From assembly GCF_044704955.1 (NCBI RefSeq), contig NC_091984.1, forward strand, positions 147,622,001 through 147,686,000: 64,000 nucleotides of DNA. Reading direction: 5' to 3'. A program made the position numbers and the translations under genes. A model generated the notes under the pieces. The model saw only the letters and a program-made list of their open reading frames with translations. It did not search any database and was not told where the DNA came from. Shown here piece by piece: positions 24,252-36,681 of the stretch. This DNA comes from Pristiophorus japonicus (lineage: Eukaryota). Numbering within the stretch: the stretch's first letter is position 1; each line of letters starts with the position of its first letter.

Positions 24252-24278
24252 TGATCTTAGCCAAAAGGCCGAGAAGCG
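24252..24278 (-). pseudogene. U2 snRNA 5' end (nt 3-29); diverged copies at 24058-24081 and 23784-23813
   Basis: CGCTTCTCGGCCTTTTGGCTAAGATCA, an exact match to vertebrate U2 as recalled. Confidence 0.92.
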
Positions 24279-24492
24279 TGCCCCAGAGCCAGGATGCCCC
24301 AGAGCCAGGGTGACCAAGTGCGAGGGTGCCCCAGAGTGAGGGTGCCCCAGAGCCAGGGTTATCCCGAGCCAGGGTGCCCCAGAACCAGGGTGCTCCAGAG
24401 CCAGGGTGACCAAGTGCGAGGGTGCCCCAGAGTGAGGGTGCCCCAGAGCCAGGGTGCCCCAGAGCCAGGGTGCCCCACAGCCAGGGTGCCCT

Positions 24493-25177
24493 TGCTAGGG
24501 GTTTGGAGGAGTCGGCCTCCAGCACTGTGCGTGTCTCCCAGCACACCTTGCAGCCCATCCTTGGCAGCTTGCAAAGCATGGTGGGCTCGCAGAGAGAGGG
24601 TGGGGACCCAGAACTCACGCCACGTGTCACGGGGGAGGGAGCAGCAGCTATTGCAGCACAGGCTGGTGCAACGCAATCACTTACTGCTGTAATGGGCTCA
24701 GTGCTTGGTGGCATAAAGACTGGGTCTGCTCTCGTGCACGCTCAGTCCGCTCTCATGCATGCTCGGTCTGATCTAGTGCACGCTCGGTCTGCCCTCGTGC
24801 ACGCTTGGGCTGCTCCCGTGCACACTCAGTCTGTTCCCGTGCACGCTCGGTCTGTTCCCGTGCACGCTCAGATCGATGCCATGCAAGCGCTGACTGCTGC
24901 CACCATTTCTGGGTTCCCCGCAGTTCAACAGAGAGGTCATGGTGCCGAAGCAGGCCTGCAATCTGTGCTCGATGAGATTGGTCCGGATGCTGAGGCACTG
25001 AGGGGGAGTGGCAGTGGGTCGGTAGAAATGGAAGGTGTTGCCCTCTCTCAGGATATCAGCATTCCTCCCACCACTGCCACTTCACCATTGCAGTTGGCGC
25101 TGTCTGCACCCCAGCCGTCCGAGACTGCTGCTGCCCAGGCTGAGGTGGTGCAGAACTGGTCCAGGGCATCCTGCTAG
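24493..25177 (+). other. Ala-rich open frame with a 21-bp repeat (ALVHARS)n; probably a Harbinger ORF2 C-terminal remnant
   Basis: ORF 24422-25177; composition resembles shark Harbinger accessory ORFs; no diagnostic motif. Confidence 0.3.
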
Positions 25178-25227
25178 GCCATGTACAGTCTCTGTATGGC
25201 ATACTGAGCAGCGGTGGGGGGGCGGGG

Positions 25228-25496
25228 TTGCATACCATTATTTTCCCCGGGAGGGGGGAGGGGAAACATAGGGACGTACCATTATTGTCCCCGGGTCGGG
25301 GAACATATCATTATTATCCCCAGGCTGGGGCGAGACGTACCATTATTGTCCCCAAGGGGCGGGGGGACGGGGGGGAACATACCATTATTGTCCCTGGGGC
25401 GGGGGGGAGATGGGAACATAAACATTATTGTTCCTGGCGAGAGGGGTGGGAACATACCTTTATTGTCCCTGGGGGGGAAGAGGGAGAGGTGAGGGC
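25228..25496. repeat. G-rich ~45-bp minisatellite (GAGGAACATACCATTATTGTCCC-Gn), left part
   Basis: Same unit resumes at 38866-39530 after Gypsy element 2. Confidence 0.85.
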
Positions 25497-27682
25497 TGTT
25501 ATGTATGCAACCCGAGGTAACCTGTATCACACCGGCACCAGAGGGCGTACCTGTTGGAGTCCCAAGGGCTCCCAGCATCCCTTGGGAGCACTGTATATAA
25601 GCAGGCCTCCCATACTGTACCAGCACTTGGAGTTTGAATAAAGGAGCTAAGGTCACACTCATGTCTACAATACTCACTTACATTACTTTATCATGAGCTT
25701 AACACCTGGTGACGAGATAATGAACAATCATGCGAAAATGCAGAGAACTGTTGATACCCTGGAGAAATTCTCAGAAGGGGACGATTGGGAGATCTTCGGG
25801 GAGTGAATCGACCAATACTTCATGGCCAACAAGCTGGAAGGGGACGAGAACGCTGCCAAACGAAGGACGATCCTCCTCACCGTCTGTGGGGCAACAACCT
25901 ATGGCCTCATGAAGAATCTTTTAACTCCGGTGAAACCAACAACCAAATCATATGAAGAACTGTGTACGCTGGTCTGGGAGCACCTAAATCCGAAGGAAAG
26001 CGTTCTGATGGCAAGGTATTGATTTTACACGTGTCAACGGTTTGAAGGCCAGGAAGTGGCGAGCTACGTCGCCGAACTAAGGCGCCTTGCAGGACATTGC
26101 GAATTCGATGGATTCCTTGAGCAAATGCTAAGAGACTTCTTTGTGCTTAGCATTGGCCATGATGTTATCCTTCGCAAACTATTGACGATTAAATCAACGA
26201 ACCTGAGCAACGCCATAACAATAGCCCAGGCATTTATGACCACCCGCGATAACACCAAAACAAATTTCATGGTACAAAGAGGTTTCGGCAAGTACTGTAC
26301 ACAAAGTTATGTCATTTTCAGGTAGCAATGCATATGGCAGAACGTACACGCCTGCAGCTGCATGACCTCAGATGAACCAGAGTCTGCCATCAAATGTTAA
26401 TGCGAGGCAGTTAACACCTTGTTAGCGCTGCGGAGGTGATCATCGAGTCCATCAATGCCGCTTCAAACACTGTGTGCAAAGTCTGTGGAACAATGGGATA
26501 CCTCCAGCGAATGTGCAGACGAGCTGCAAACCCTGCAAACCACCACGTTGCAGAGGAGGATCGATCCATGGCAGATCAGGCTGAACTAGAGACTCGAACT
26601 GAGGAGGCAGAAGTGTCTGGGGTACACACCTTCACCATGAAATATCCACCGAGCATGCGAAAAGTTGAACTGGATGGAATTCCAGTATCCATGGAACTGG
26701 ACATGGGTGTGAGTCAGTCCATCATGAGCAAAAAGGCCTTCGACAGGCTGTGGTGCAACAAGGCACACAGGTCCAAGCTTAGCCCCATTCATACCAAGCT
26801 AAGAATTTACACTAAAAAGCTGATCCCTGTTATTGGCAGCGCAGCAGTAACAGTCTTCGATGATGGAGCAGTGCACAAACTCCCACTGTGGATTGTACCA
26901 GGAGATGGCCCCACACTGTTCGGCAGAAGCTGGCTGGGAAAAATCCTTTGGAACTGGGACGACATCCGAGCGCTTTCGTCCGTCGCCAACGCCTCATGTG
27001 CCCAGGTTCTGAGCAAGTTCCCGTTGTTGTTTGAGCGAGGCATTGGAAGTTTCTTGGGGGCGAAGGTGCAGATCCACTTGGTTCCCGGTACACGACCCAT
27101 CCACCACAAGGCACGTGCGGTGCCATACATGATGCGAGAGAAAGTGGAAATTGAGCTGGACAGGCTGCAGCGAGAAGGCGGTGGAGTTCAACGAGTGGGC
27201 CAGTCCAATTGTTCCGGTTCTCAAAGGCGATGGCACGGTCAGAATTTGTGGGGACTATAAAGTAACAATTAATTGTTTTTCGCTGCAGGACCAGTACCCG
27301 CTACCCAAGGCAGACGACCTATTTGCGACCCTGGCTGGAGGAAAGACGTTCACCAAGTTGGACCTGAACTTGGCCTACAGGAGCTGGCGGAATCTTTGAA
27401 AGGCCTCACCTGCATCAACATGCACAAAGGTCTGTTCATCTACAATAGATGCCCGTTTGGGAATCGATTGGCCGCGGCAATTTTTCAAAGGAACACGGAG
27501 AGCCTGCTAAAGTCGGTTCCGCACACCATGGTTTTCCAGGACGACATACTGGTCACAGGTCGGAATACCATCGAACTCTTGAAGAACCTGGAAGAGTTTC
27601 TAAGTCAGCTAGATCACGCGGGACTCAGGTTGAAATGCTTGAAGAGTATTTTCCTGGTGCCAGTGGTCAAGTTATTGGGGAG

Positions 27683-27873
27683 AAACATAGAAACATAGAA
27701 ACATAGAAACATAGAAACATAGAAACATAGAAAATAGGTGCAGGAGTAGGCCATTCGGCCCCTCGAGCCCGCACCACCATTCAATGAATTCATGGCTGAA
27801 CATGCAACTTCAGTACCCCATTCCTGCGTTCTTGCCATACCCCTTGATCTCCCAAGTAGTAAGGACTACATCT
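27683..27873 (-). mobile_element. Short 5'-truncated CR1 3' end inside the Gypsy RT
   Basis: (AGAAACAT)n tail; Gypsy coding sequence resumes afterwards. Confidence 0.85.
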
Positions 27874-28249
27874 AAGAATCGCGGCAGACGGCATCAGACG
27901 GAGGCAATCAAGAATGCGCTGAGTACACAGAATGTAACGGAGCAGCGGACGTTCCTGGGATTCCTCAACTATTTGGGTAATTTCCTCCTACCCAGGTTAA
28001 GCACCTTGCTATATGTGCTGCTACGCAAGGGAGATGACTGGGTATGGGGGAAATCACAAGAGGCTGCGTTTGAGAAAGCCAGAAATCTGTTATAGAAACA
28101 TAGAAACATAGAAAATAGGTGCAGGAGTAGGCCATTCAGGCTTTCAAGCCTGCACCGCCATTCAATGAGTTCATGGCTGAACATGCAACTTCAATACCCC
28201 CTTCCTGCTTTTTCGCCATACCCCTTGATCCCCCGAATAGTAAGGACTA

Positions 28250-29604
28250 CATAGCAGTGCATCTGGAAAATGGTGACATGATAGGTCCAAGTCAGCATGG
28301 ATTTGTGAAAGGGAAATCATGCTTGACAAATCTTCTGGAATTTTTTGAGGATGTTTCCAGTAAAGTGGACAAAGGAGAACCAGTTGATGTGGTATATTTG
28401 GACTTTCAGAAGGCTTTCGACAAGGTCCCACACAAGAGATTAATGTGCAAAGTTAAAGCACATGGGATTGGGGGTAGTGTGCTGACGTGGATTGAGAACT
28501 GGTTGTCAGACAGGAAGCAAAGAGTAGGAGTAAACGGGTACTTTTCAGAATGGCAGGCAGTGACTAGTGGAGTGCCGCAAGGTTCTGTGCTGGGGCCCCA
28601 GCTGTTTACATTGTACATTAATGATTTAGACGAGGGGATTAAATGCAGTATCTCCAAATTTGCGGATGATACTAAGTTGGGTGGCAGTGTGAGCTGCGAG
28701 GAGGATGCTATTAGGCTGCAGAGTGACTTGGATAGGTTAGGTGAGTGGGCAAATGCATGGCAGATGAAGTATAATGTGGATAAATGTGAGGTTATCCACT
28801 TTGGTGGTAAAAACAGAGAGACAGACTATTATCTGAATGGTGACAGATTAGGAAAAGGGAAGGTGCAACGAGACCTGGGTGTCATGGTACATCAGTCATT
28901 GAAGGTTGGCATGCAGGTACAGCAGGCGGTTAAGAAAGCAAATGGCATGTTGGCCTTCATAGCGAGGGGATTTGAATACAGGGGCAGGGAGGTGTTGCTA
29001 CAGTTGTACAGGGCCTTGGTGAGGCCACACCTGGAGTATTGTGTACAGTTTTGGTCTCCTAACTTGAGGAAGGACATTCTTGCTATTGAGGGAGTGCAGC
29101 GAAGGTTCACCAGACTGATTCCCGGGATGGCGGGACTGACCTATCAAGAAAGATTGGATCAATTGGGCTTGTATTCACTGGAGTTCAGAAGAATGAGAGG
29201 GGACCTCATAGAAACGTTTAAAATTCTGACGGGTTTAGACAGGTTAGATGCAGAAAGAATGTTCCCAATGTTGGGGAAGTCCAGAACCAGGGGTCACAGT
29301 CTGAGGATAAGGGGTAAGCCATTTAGGACCGAGATGAGGAGAAACTTCTTCACCCAGAGAGTGGTGAACCTGTGGAATTCTCTACCACAGAAAGTAGTTG
29401 AGGCCAATTCACTAAATATATTCAAAAGGGAGTTAGATGAAGTCCTTACTACTCGGGGGATCAAGGGTTATGGCGAGAAAGCAGGAAGGGGGTACTGAAG
29501 TTTCATGTTCAGCCATGAACTCATTGAATGGCGGTGCAGGCTAGAAGGGCTGAATGGCCTGCTCCTGCACCTATTTTCTATGTTTCTATGTTTCTATGTT
29601 TCTA
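28250..29604 (+). mobile_element. 5'-truncated young CR1 LINE C with an open RT-to-C-terminus frame, nested in CR1 A
   Basis: ORF to 29498 with YLDFQKAFD, GVPQGS, FADD; (TTTCTATG)n tail. Confidence 0.92.
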
Positions 29605-32372
29605 ACTCCTTTTTGAATATATTTAGTGAATTGGCCTCAACAACTTTCTGTGGTAGAGAATTCCACAGCTTCACCACTCTCTGGGTGAAGAAGTTTCTCC
29701 TCATCTCGGTCCTAAATGGCTTACCTCTTATCCTTCGACTGTGACCCCTGGTTGTGGACTTCCCCAACATTGGGAACATTCTTCCTGCATCTAACCTGTC
29801 TAAACCCGTCAGAACTTTAAATGTTTCTATGAGATCCCCTCTCATTCTTCTGAACTCCAGTGAATACAATCCCAGTTGATCCAGTCTTGATATGTCAATC
29901 CCGCCATCCCGGGAATCAGTCTGGTGAACCTTCGCTGCACTCCCTCAATAGCAAGAATGTCCTTCCTCAAATTAGGAGACCAAAACTGCACACAATACTC
30001 CAGGTGTGGCCTCACCAAGGCCCTGTACAACTGTAGCAACACCTCCTTGCCCCTGTACTTAAATCCCCTTGCTATGAAGGCCAACATGCCATTTGCTTTC
30101 TTAACCGCCTGCTGTACCTGCATGCCACCCTTCAATGACTGATGTACCATGACACCCAGGTCTCGTTGCACCTCCCCTTTTCCTAATCTGTCACCATACA
30201 GATAATAGTCTGTCTCTCTGTTTTTACCACCAAAGTGGATAACTTCACATTTATCCACATTATGCTTCATCTGCCATGCATTTGCCCACTCACCTAACCT
30301 ATCCAAGTCACTCTGCAGCCTCATAGCATCCTCCTCGCAGCTCACACTGCCACCCAACTTAGTGTCATTCGCAAATTTGGGGATACTACATTTAATCCCC
30401 TTGTCTAAATCATTAATGTACAATGTAAACAACTGGGGCACCAGCAAAGAACCTTGCAGTAGCCCACTAGTCACTGCCTGCCATTCTGAAAAGTACCCAT
30501 TTACTCCTACTCTTTGCTTCCTGTCTGCCAACTAGTTCTCAATCCACGTCAGCATATTACCCCCAATCCCATGTGCTTTAACTTTGCACATTAATCTCTT
30601 GTGTAGGACCTTGTCGAAAGCCTTCTGAAAGTCCAAATACACCACATCAACTGGTTCTCCCTTGTCCACTCCACTGGAAACATCCTTAAAAAATTCCAGA
30701 GGATTTGTCAAGCATGATTTCCCTTTCACAAATCCATGCTGACTTGGATCTATCATGTCACCTCTTTCTAAATGCGCTGCTATGACATCCTTAATAATTG
30801 ATTCCATCATTTTACCCACTACCAATACCAGGCTGACCAGTCTATAATTCCCTGTTTTCTCTTTCCCTCCTTTTTTAAAAAGTGGGGTTACATTGGCTAC
30901 CCTCCACTCCATAGGAACTGATCCAGAGTCAATGGAATGTTGGAAAGTGACTGTCAATGCATCCGCTATTTACAAGATCACCTCCTTAAGTACTCTGGGA
31001 TGCAATCTATCAGGTCCTGGGGATTTATCGGCCTTCAATCCCATCAATTTTCCCAACACAATTTCCGGACTAATAAGGATTTCCCTCAGTTCCTCCTTCT
31101 TACTTGACCCTCTGACCCCTTTTATATCCGGAAGGTTGTTTGTGTCCTCCTTAGTGAATGCCGAACCAAAGTACTTGTTCAATTGGTCTGCCATTTCTTT
31201 GTTCCCTGTTATGACTTCCCCTGATTCTGACTGCAGGGGACCTACATTTGTCTTTACTAACCTTTTTCTCTTTACATATCAATAGAAGCTTTTGCAGTCC
31301 GTCTTAATTATACCCTGCAAGCTTCCTCTCGTACTCTGTTTTCCCTGCCCTAATCAAATCCTTTGTCCTCCTCTGCTGAGTTCTAAATTTCTCCCAGTCC
31401 CCAGGTTCACTGCTATTTCTGGCCAATTTGTATGCCACTTCCTTGGCTTTAATACTATCCCTGATTTCCCTTGATAGCCACGGTTGAGCCACCTTCCCTT
31501 TTTTATTTTTATGCCAGACAGGGATGTACAATTGTTATAGTTCATCCATGCGGTTTCTAAATGTCTGCCATTGCCCATCCACTGTCAACCCATTAAGTAT
31601 CATTCGCCAATCTATCCTAGCCAATTCACGCCTCATACCTTCAAAGTTACCCTTCTTTAAGTTCTGGACCATGGTCTCTGAATTAACTGTTTCATTCTCC
31701 ATCCTAATGTAGAATTCCACCATATTATGGCCACTCTTCCCCAAGGGGCCTCGCACAACGAGATTGCTAATGAATCCTCTGTCATTGCACAACACCCAGT
31801 TTAAGATGTCCTCCTCCCTAGTTGGTTCCTCGACATATTGGTCTCGAAATCCTTCCCTTCTGCACTCCAGGGAATCCTTCTCCACCGTATTGCTTCCAGG
31901 TTGGTTAGCCCAATCTATATGCATATTAAAGCCACCCATGATAACTGCTGCACCTTTATTGCATGCATCCCTAATTTCCTGTTTGATGCCCTCCCCAACA
32001 TCACTACTACTGTTTGGAGGTTTTTTGCCCTTTGGTGTTCTGCAGCTATACCCATATAGATTCCATATCATCCAAGCTAATGTCCTTCCTAACTATTGCA
32101 TTAATCACCTCTTTAACCAGCAATGCTACTCTACCTCCTTTTCCTTTTATTCTATATTTCCTGAATGTTGAATACCCTTGGATGTTGAGTTCCCACCCCT
32201 GATCATCCTGGAGCCATGTCTCTGTAATCCCAATCACATCATATCTGTTAACATCTATTTGCAAAGTTAATTCATAGAAACATAGAAAAATAGAAAATAG
32301 GTGCAGGAGCAAGCTATTCAGCCCTTCTAGCCTGCACCGCCATTCAATGAGTTCATGGCTGAACATGAAACT

Positions 32373-35278
32373 TCAGTACCCCATTCCTGCTTTCTTGCCA
32401 TACCCCTTGATCCCCCCAGTAGTAAGGACTTCATCTAACTGCCTTTTGAATATATTTCGTGAATTGGCCTCAAATACTTTCTGTGGTAGAGAATTCCACA
32501 GGTTCACCACTCTCTGGGTGAAGAAGTTTCTCCTCATCTCGGTCCTAAATGGCTTACCCCTTATCCTCAGACTGTGACCTCTGGTTCTGGACTTCCCCAA
32601 CATTGGGAACATTCTTCCTGCATCTAACCTGTCTAAACCCGTCAGAATTTTAAACGTTTCTATGAGGTCCCCTCTCATTCTTCTGAACTCCAGTGAATAC
32701 AAGCCCAGTTTATCCAGTCTTTCTTGACAGGTCAGTCCCACCATCCCGGGAATCAGTCTGCTGAATCTTCGCTGCACTCCCTCAATAGCAAGAATGTCCT
32801 TCCTCAAGTTAGGAGACCAAAACTGTACATAATACTCCAGGTGTGGCCTCACCAAGGCCCTGTACAACTGTAGCAACACCTCCCTGCCCCTGTACTCAAA
32901 TCCCCTCGCTATGAAGGCCAACATGCCATTTGCTTTCTGAACCGCCTGCTGTACCTGCATGCCAAACTTCAATGACTGATGTACCATGACACCCAGGTCT
33001 CGTTGCACCTTCCCTTTTCCTAATCTGTCACCATTCAGATAATAGTCTGTCTCTCTGTTTTTACCACCAAAGTGGATAACCTCACATTAATCCACATTAT
33101 ACTTCATCTGCCATGCATTTGCCCACTCACCTAACCTATCCAAGTCACTCTGCAGCCTAATAGCATCCTCCTCGCAGCTCACACTGCCACCCAACTTAGT
33201 GTCATCCGCAAATTTGGAGATACTACATTTAATCCCCTCGTCTAAATCATTAATGTACAATGTAAACAGCTGGGGCCCCAGCACAGAACCTTGCGGTACC
33301 CCACTAGTCACTGCCTGCCATTCTGAAAAGTACCCATTTACTCCTACTCTTTGCTTCCTGTCTGACAACCAGTTCTCAATCCACGTCAGCACACTACCTC
33401 CAATCCCATGTGCTTTAACTTTGCATATTAATCTCTTGTGTGGGACCTTGTCGAAAGCCTTCTGAAAGTCCAAATATACCACATCAACTGGTTCTCCTTT
33501 GTCTACTTTACTGGAAACATCCTCAAAAAATTCCAGAAGATTTGTCAAGCATGATTTCCCTTTTACAAATCCATGCTGACTTGGACCTATCATGTCACTA
33601 TTTTCCAAATGCGCTGCTATGGCATCCTTAATAATTGATTCCATCATTTTACCCACTACTGAGGTCAGGCTGACCGGTCTATAATTCCCTGTTTTCTCTC
33701 TCCCTCCTTTTTTAAAAAGTGGGGTTACATTGGCTACCCTCCACTCGATAGGAACTGATCCAGAGTCAATGGAATGTTGGAAAATGACTGTCAATGCATC
33801 CGCTATTTCCAAGGCCACATCCTTAAGTACTCTGGGATGCAGTCCATCAAGCCCTGGGGATTTATCGGCCTTCAATCCCATCAATTTCCCCAACACAATT
33901 TCCCGACTAATAAAGATTTCCCTCTGTTCCTCCTCCTTACTAGACCCTCTGACCCCTTTTATATCCGGAAGGTTGTTTGTGTCCTCCTCAGTGAATACCG
34001 AACCAAAGTACTTGTTCAATTGGTCTGCCATTTCTTTGCTCCCCGTTATGACTTCCCCTGATTCTGACTGCAGGGGACCTACATTTGTCTTTACTAACCT
34101 TTTTCTCTTTACATACCTATAGAAACTTTTGCAATCCGCCTTAATGTTCCCTGCAAGCTTCTTCTCGTACTCCATTTTCCCTGCCCTAATCAAACCCTTT
34201 GTCCTCCTCTGCTGAGTTCTAAATTTCTCCCAGTCCCCGGGTTCGCTGCTATTTCTGGCCAATTTGTATGCCACTTCCTTGGCTTTAATACTATCCCTGA
34301 TTTCCCTAGATAGCCACGGTTGAGCCACCTTCCCTTTTTTATTTTTACGCCAGACAGGAATGTACAATTGTTGTAATTCATCCATGCGGTCTCTAAATGT
34401 CTGCCATTGCCCATCCACAGTCAACCCCTTAAGTATCATTCGCCAATCTATCCTAGCCAATTCACGCCTCATACCTTCAAAGTTACCCTTCTTTAAGTTC
34501 TGGACCATGGTCTCTGAATTAACTGTTTCATTCTCCATCCTAATGCAGAATTCCACCATATTATGGTCACTCTTCCCCAAGGGGCCTCGCACAATGAGAT
34601 TGCTAATTAATCCTCTCTCATTACACAACACCAGTCTAAGATGGCCTCCCCCCTAGTTGGTTCCTCGACATATTGGTCTAGAAAACCATCCCTTATGCAC
34701 TCCAGGAAATCCTCCTCCACCGTATTGCTTCCAGTTTGGCTAGCCCAATCTATGTGCATATTAAAGTCACCCATTATAACTGCTACACCTTTATTGCATG
34801 CACCCCTAATTTCCTGTTTGATGCCCTCCCCAACATCACTACTACTGTTTGGAGGTCTGTACACAACTCCCACTAACGTTTTTTGCCCTTTGGTGTTCTG
34901 CAGCTCTACCCATATAGATTCCACATCATCCAAGCTAATGTCTTTCCTAACTATTGCATTAATCTCCTCTTTAACCAGCGATGCTACCTCACCTCCTTTA
35001 CCTTTTATTCTATCCTTCCTGAATGTTGAATACCCCTGGATGTTGAGTTCCCAGCCCTGATCATCCTGGAGCCACGTCTCCATAATCCCAATCACATCAT
35101 ATTTGTTAACGTCTATTTGCACAGTTAATTCATCCACCTTATTGCGGATGCTCCTTGCATTAAGACACAAAGCCTTCAGGCTTGTTTTTTTAACACCCTT
35201 TGTCCTTTTAGAATTTTGCTGTACAGTGGCCCTTTTTGTTCTTTGCCTGAGGTTTCTCTGCCCTCCACTTTTCCTCAT
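32373..35278 (-). pseudogene. CR1 ORF2 (APE endonuclease plus RT), few disabling lesions
   Basis: LNARSI, ETW, VVYRPP, GDFN, SDHN, FADD; frameshift near 34620 and stop at 33087. Confidence 0.9.
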
Positions 35279-35359
35279 CTCCTTTCTGTCTTTTGCTTTT
35301 GCCTCCTTTTTGTCTCCCTCTGTCTCCCTGCATTGGTTCCCATCCCCCTGCCATATTAG

Positions 35360-36302
35360 TTTAACTCCTCCCCAACAGCACTAGCAAACACTCTCCCTAG
35401 GACATAGGTTCCGGTCCTGCCCAGGTGCAGACCGTCCGGTTTGTACTGGTCCCACCTCCCCCAGAACCGGTTCCAATGCCCCAGGAATTTGAATCCCTCC
35501 CTGCTGCACCACTACTCAAGCCACGTATTCATCTGCGCTATCCTGCGATTCCTACTCTGACTAGCACATGGCACTGGTAGCAATCCCGATATTACTACTT
35601 TTGAGGTCCTACTTTTTAATTTAGCTCCTAGCTCCTTAAATTCGTTTCGTAGGACATCATCAGTTTTTTCACCTATGTCGTTGGTAACAATGTGCACCAC
35701 GACAACTGGCTGTTCTCCCTCCCATTTCAGAATGTCCTGCACCCGCTCCGAGACATCCTTGACCCTTGCACCAGGGAGGCAACATACCATCCTGGAGTCT
35801 CGGTTGCGGCCGCAGAAACGCCTATCTATTCCCCTCACCATTGAATCCCCTATCACTATCGCACGCCCACTCTTTTTCCTGCCATCCTGTGCAGCAGAGC
35901 CAGCCACGGTGCCATGAACTTGGCTGCTGCTGCCCTCCCCTGATGATTCATCCCCCCAACAGTACTCAAAGTGGTGTATCTGTTTTGCAGGGGGATGACT
36001 ACAGGGGACCCCTGTTCTACCTTCCTTGCACTACTCTTCCTGCTGCTCTTCCATTCCCTATCTGTCTGTGGACCCTTCTCCTGCGGTAAGACCAACTAAC
36101 TACACGTGATACTCATGTCATTCTCAGCATCGTGGATGCTCCAGAGTGAATCCACCCTCAGCTCCAATTCCACAACGCGGACCATCAGGAGCTCGAGGCG
36201 GATACACTTCCCGCACACGTAGTCACCAGGGTCACCCGAAGTGTCCCTGAGTTCCCACATGGTACAGGAGGAGCATAACATCCGACCGAGCTCTCCTGCC
36301 AT
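35360..36302 (-). pseudogene. CR1 ORF1 (zinc finger, leucine zipper, SGNH/GDSL esterase)
   Basis: CSSC...CGKC, LELRVDSL, IVIGDSMVRG, VVVHIVTND; several stops and frameshifts. Confidence 0.85.
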
Positions 36303-36483
36303 GACTTAACCCTTAGATACACTTAAATTGGCAACAACAATGTTAAAAGTTACTGACTAATATAAAAAGAAAAAGAAAAACTACTCACCAATCACCAGCC
36401 AATCACTTACCCCCTAGGATGTGACGTCACCTTTCTGTTTCTTTCTACTTCTTTATTGCCTTCTCCTTGTAGCTGCACAAGTA

Positions 36484-36681
36484 CGCCTCACCAACGAACT
36501 CCCGACGCCTCTCGCGGCCTTTTATAGGCCTCCGACCCCGGACTCACGCCACACCAACGAACTCCCGATGCCTCTCGCGGCCTTTTATAGGCCTCCGACC
36601 CCGGACTCACGCCTCACCAATGAACTCCCAACGCCTCTCGCGGCCTTTTATAGGCCTCCGACCCCGGATTCACGCCTCACC
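36484..36681 (-). promoter_or_regulatory. Three tandem 63-bp 5' monomers of CR1 B, each containing TATAAAA
   Basis: Units 36484-36546, 36547-36609, 36610-36672; GTGACGTCAC (CRE-like) at 36421-36430; two CCAATCA at ~36388-36405. Confidence 0.6.

Larger units (their letters stand above)
23713..24278 (-). mobile_element. snRNA-derived composite retroposon (U1/U2-headed SINE-like dimer) with two poly(A) tracts and a 16-17-bp TSD
   Basis: TSD GTGCCCCAGAGCCAGGA at 23696-23712 and 24278-24294; A13 at 23713-23725 and A16 at 23952-23967; U2- and U1-derived blocks. Confidence 0.85.
23647..24492. repeat. 16-bp minisatellite (CCAGGGTGCCCCAGAG)n split by the snRNA retroposon
   Basis: Tandem units at 23647-23712 and 24279-24492. 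Confidence 0.9.

Noticed and set aside
23817-24278. Functional U2 or U1 snRNA gene
   Set aside because: Pieces are permuted and diverged, lack the branch-point recognition sequence, end in poly(A) and are flanked by a TSD.
28173-29498. 441-aa ORF as an intact gene
   Set aside because: The first ~25 codons are an antisense CR1 tail fused by chance to a 5'-truncated CR1 RT.
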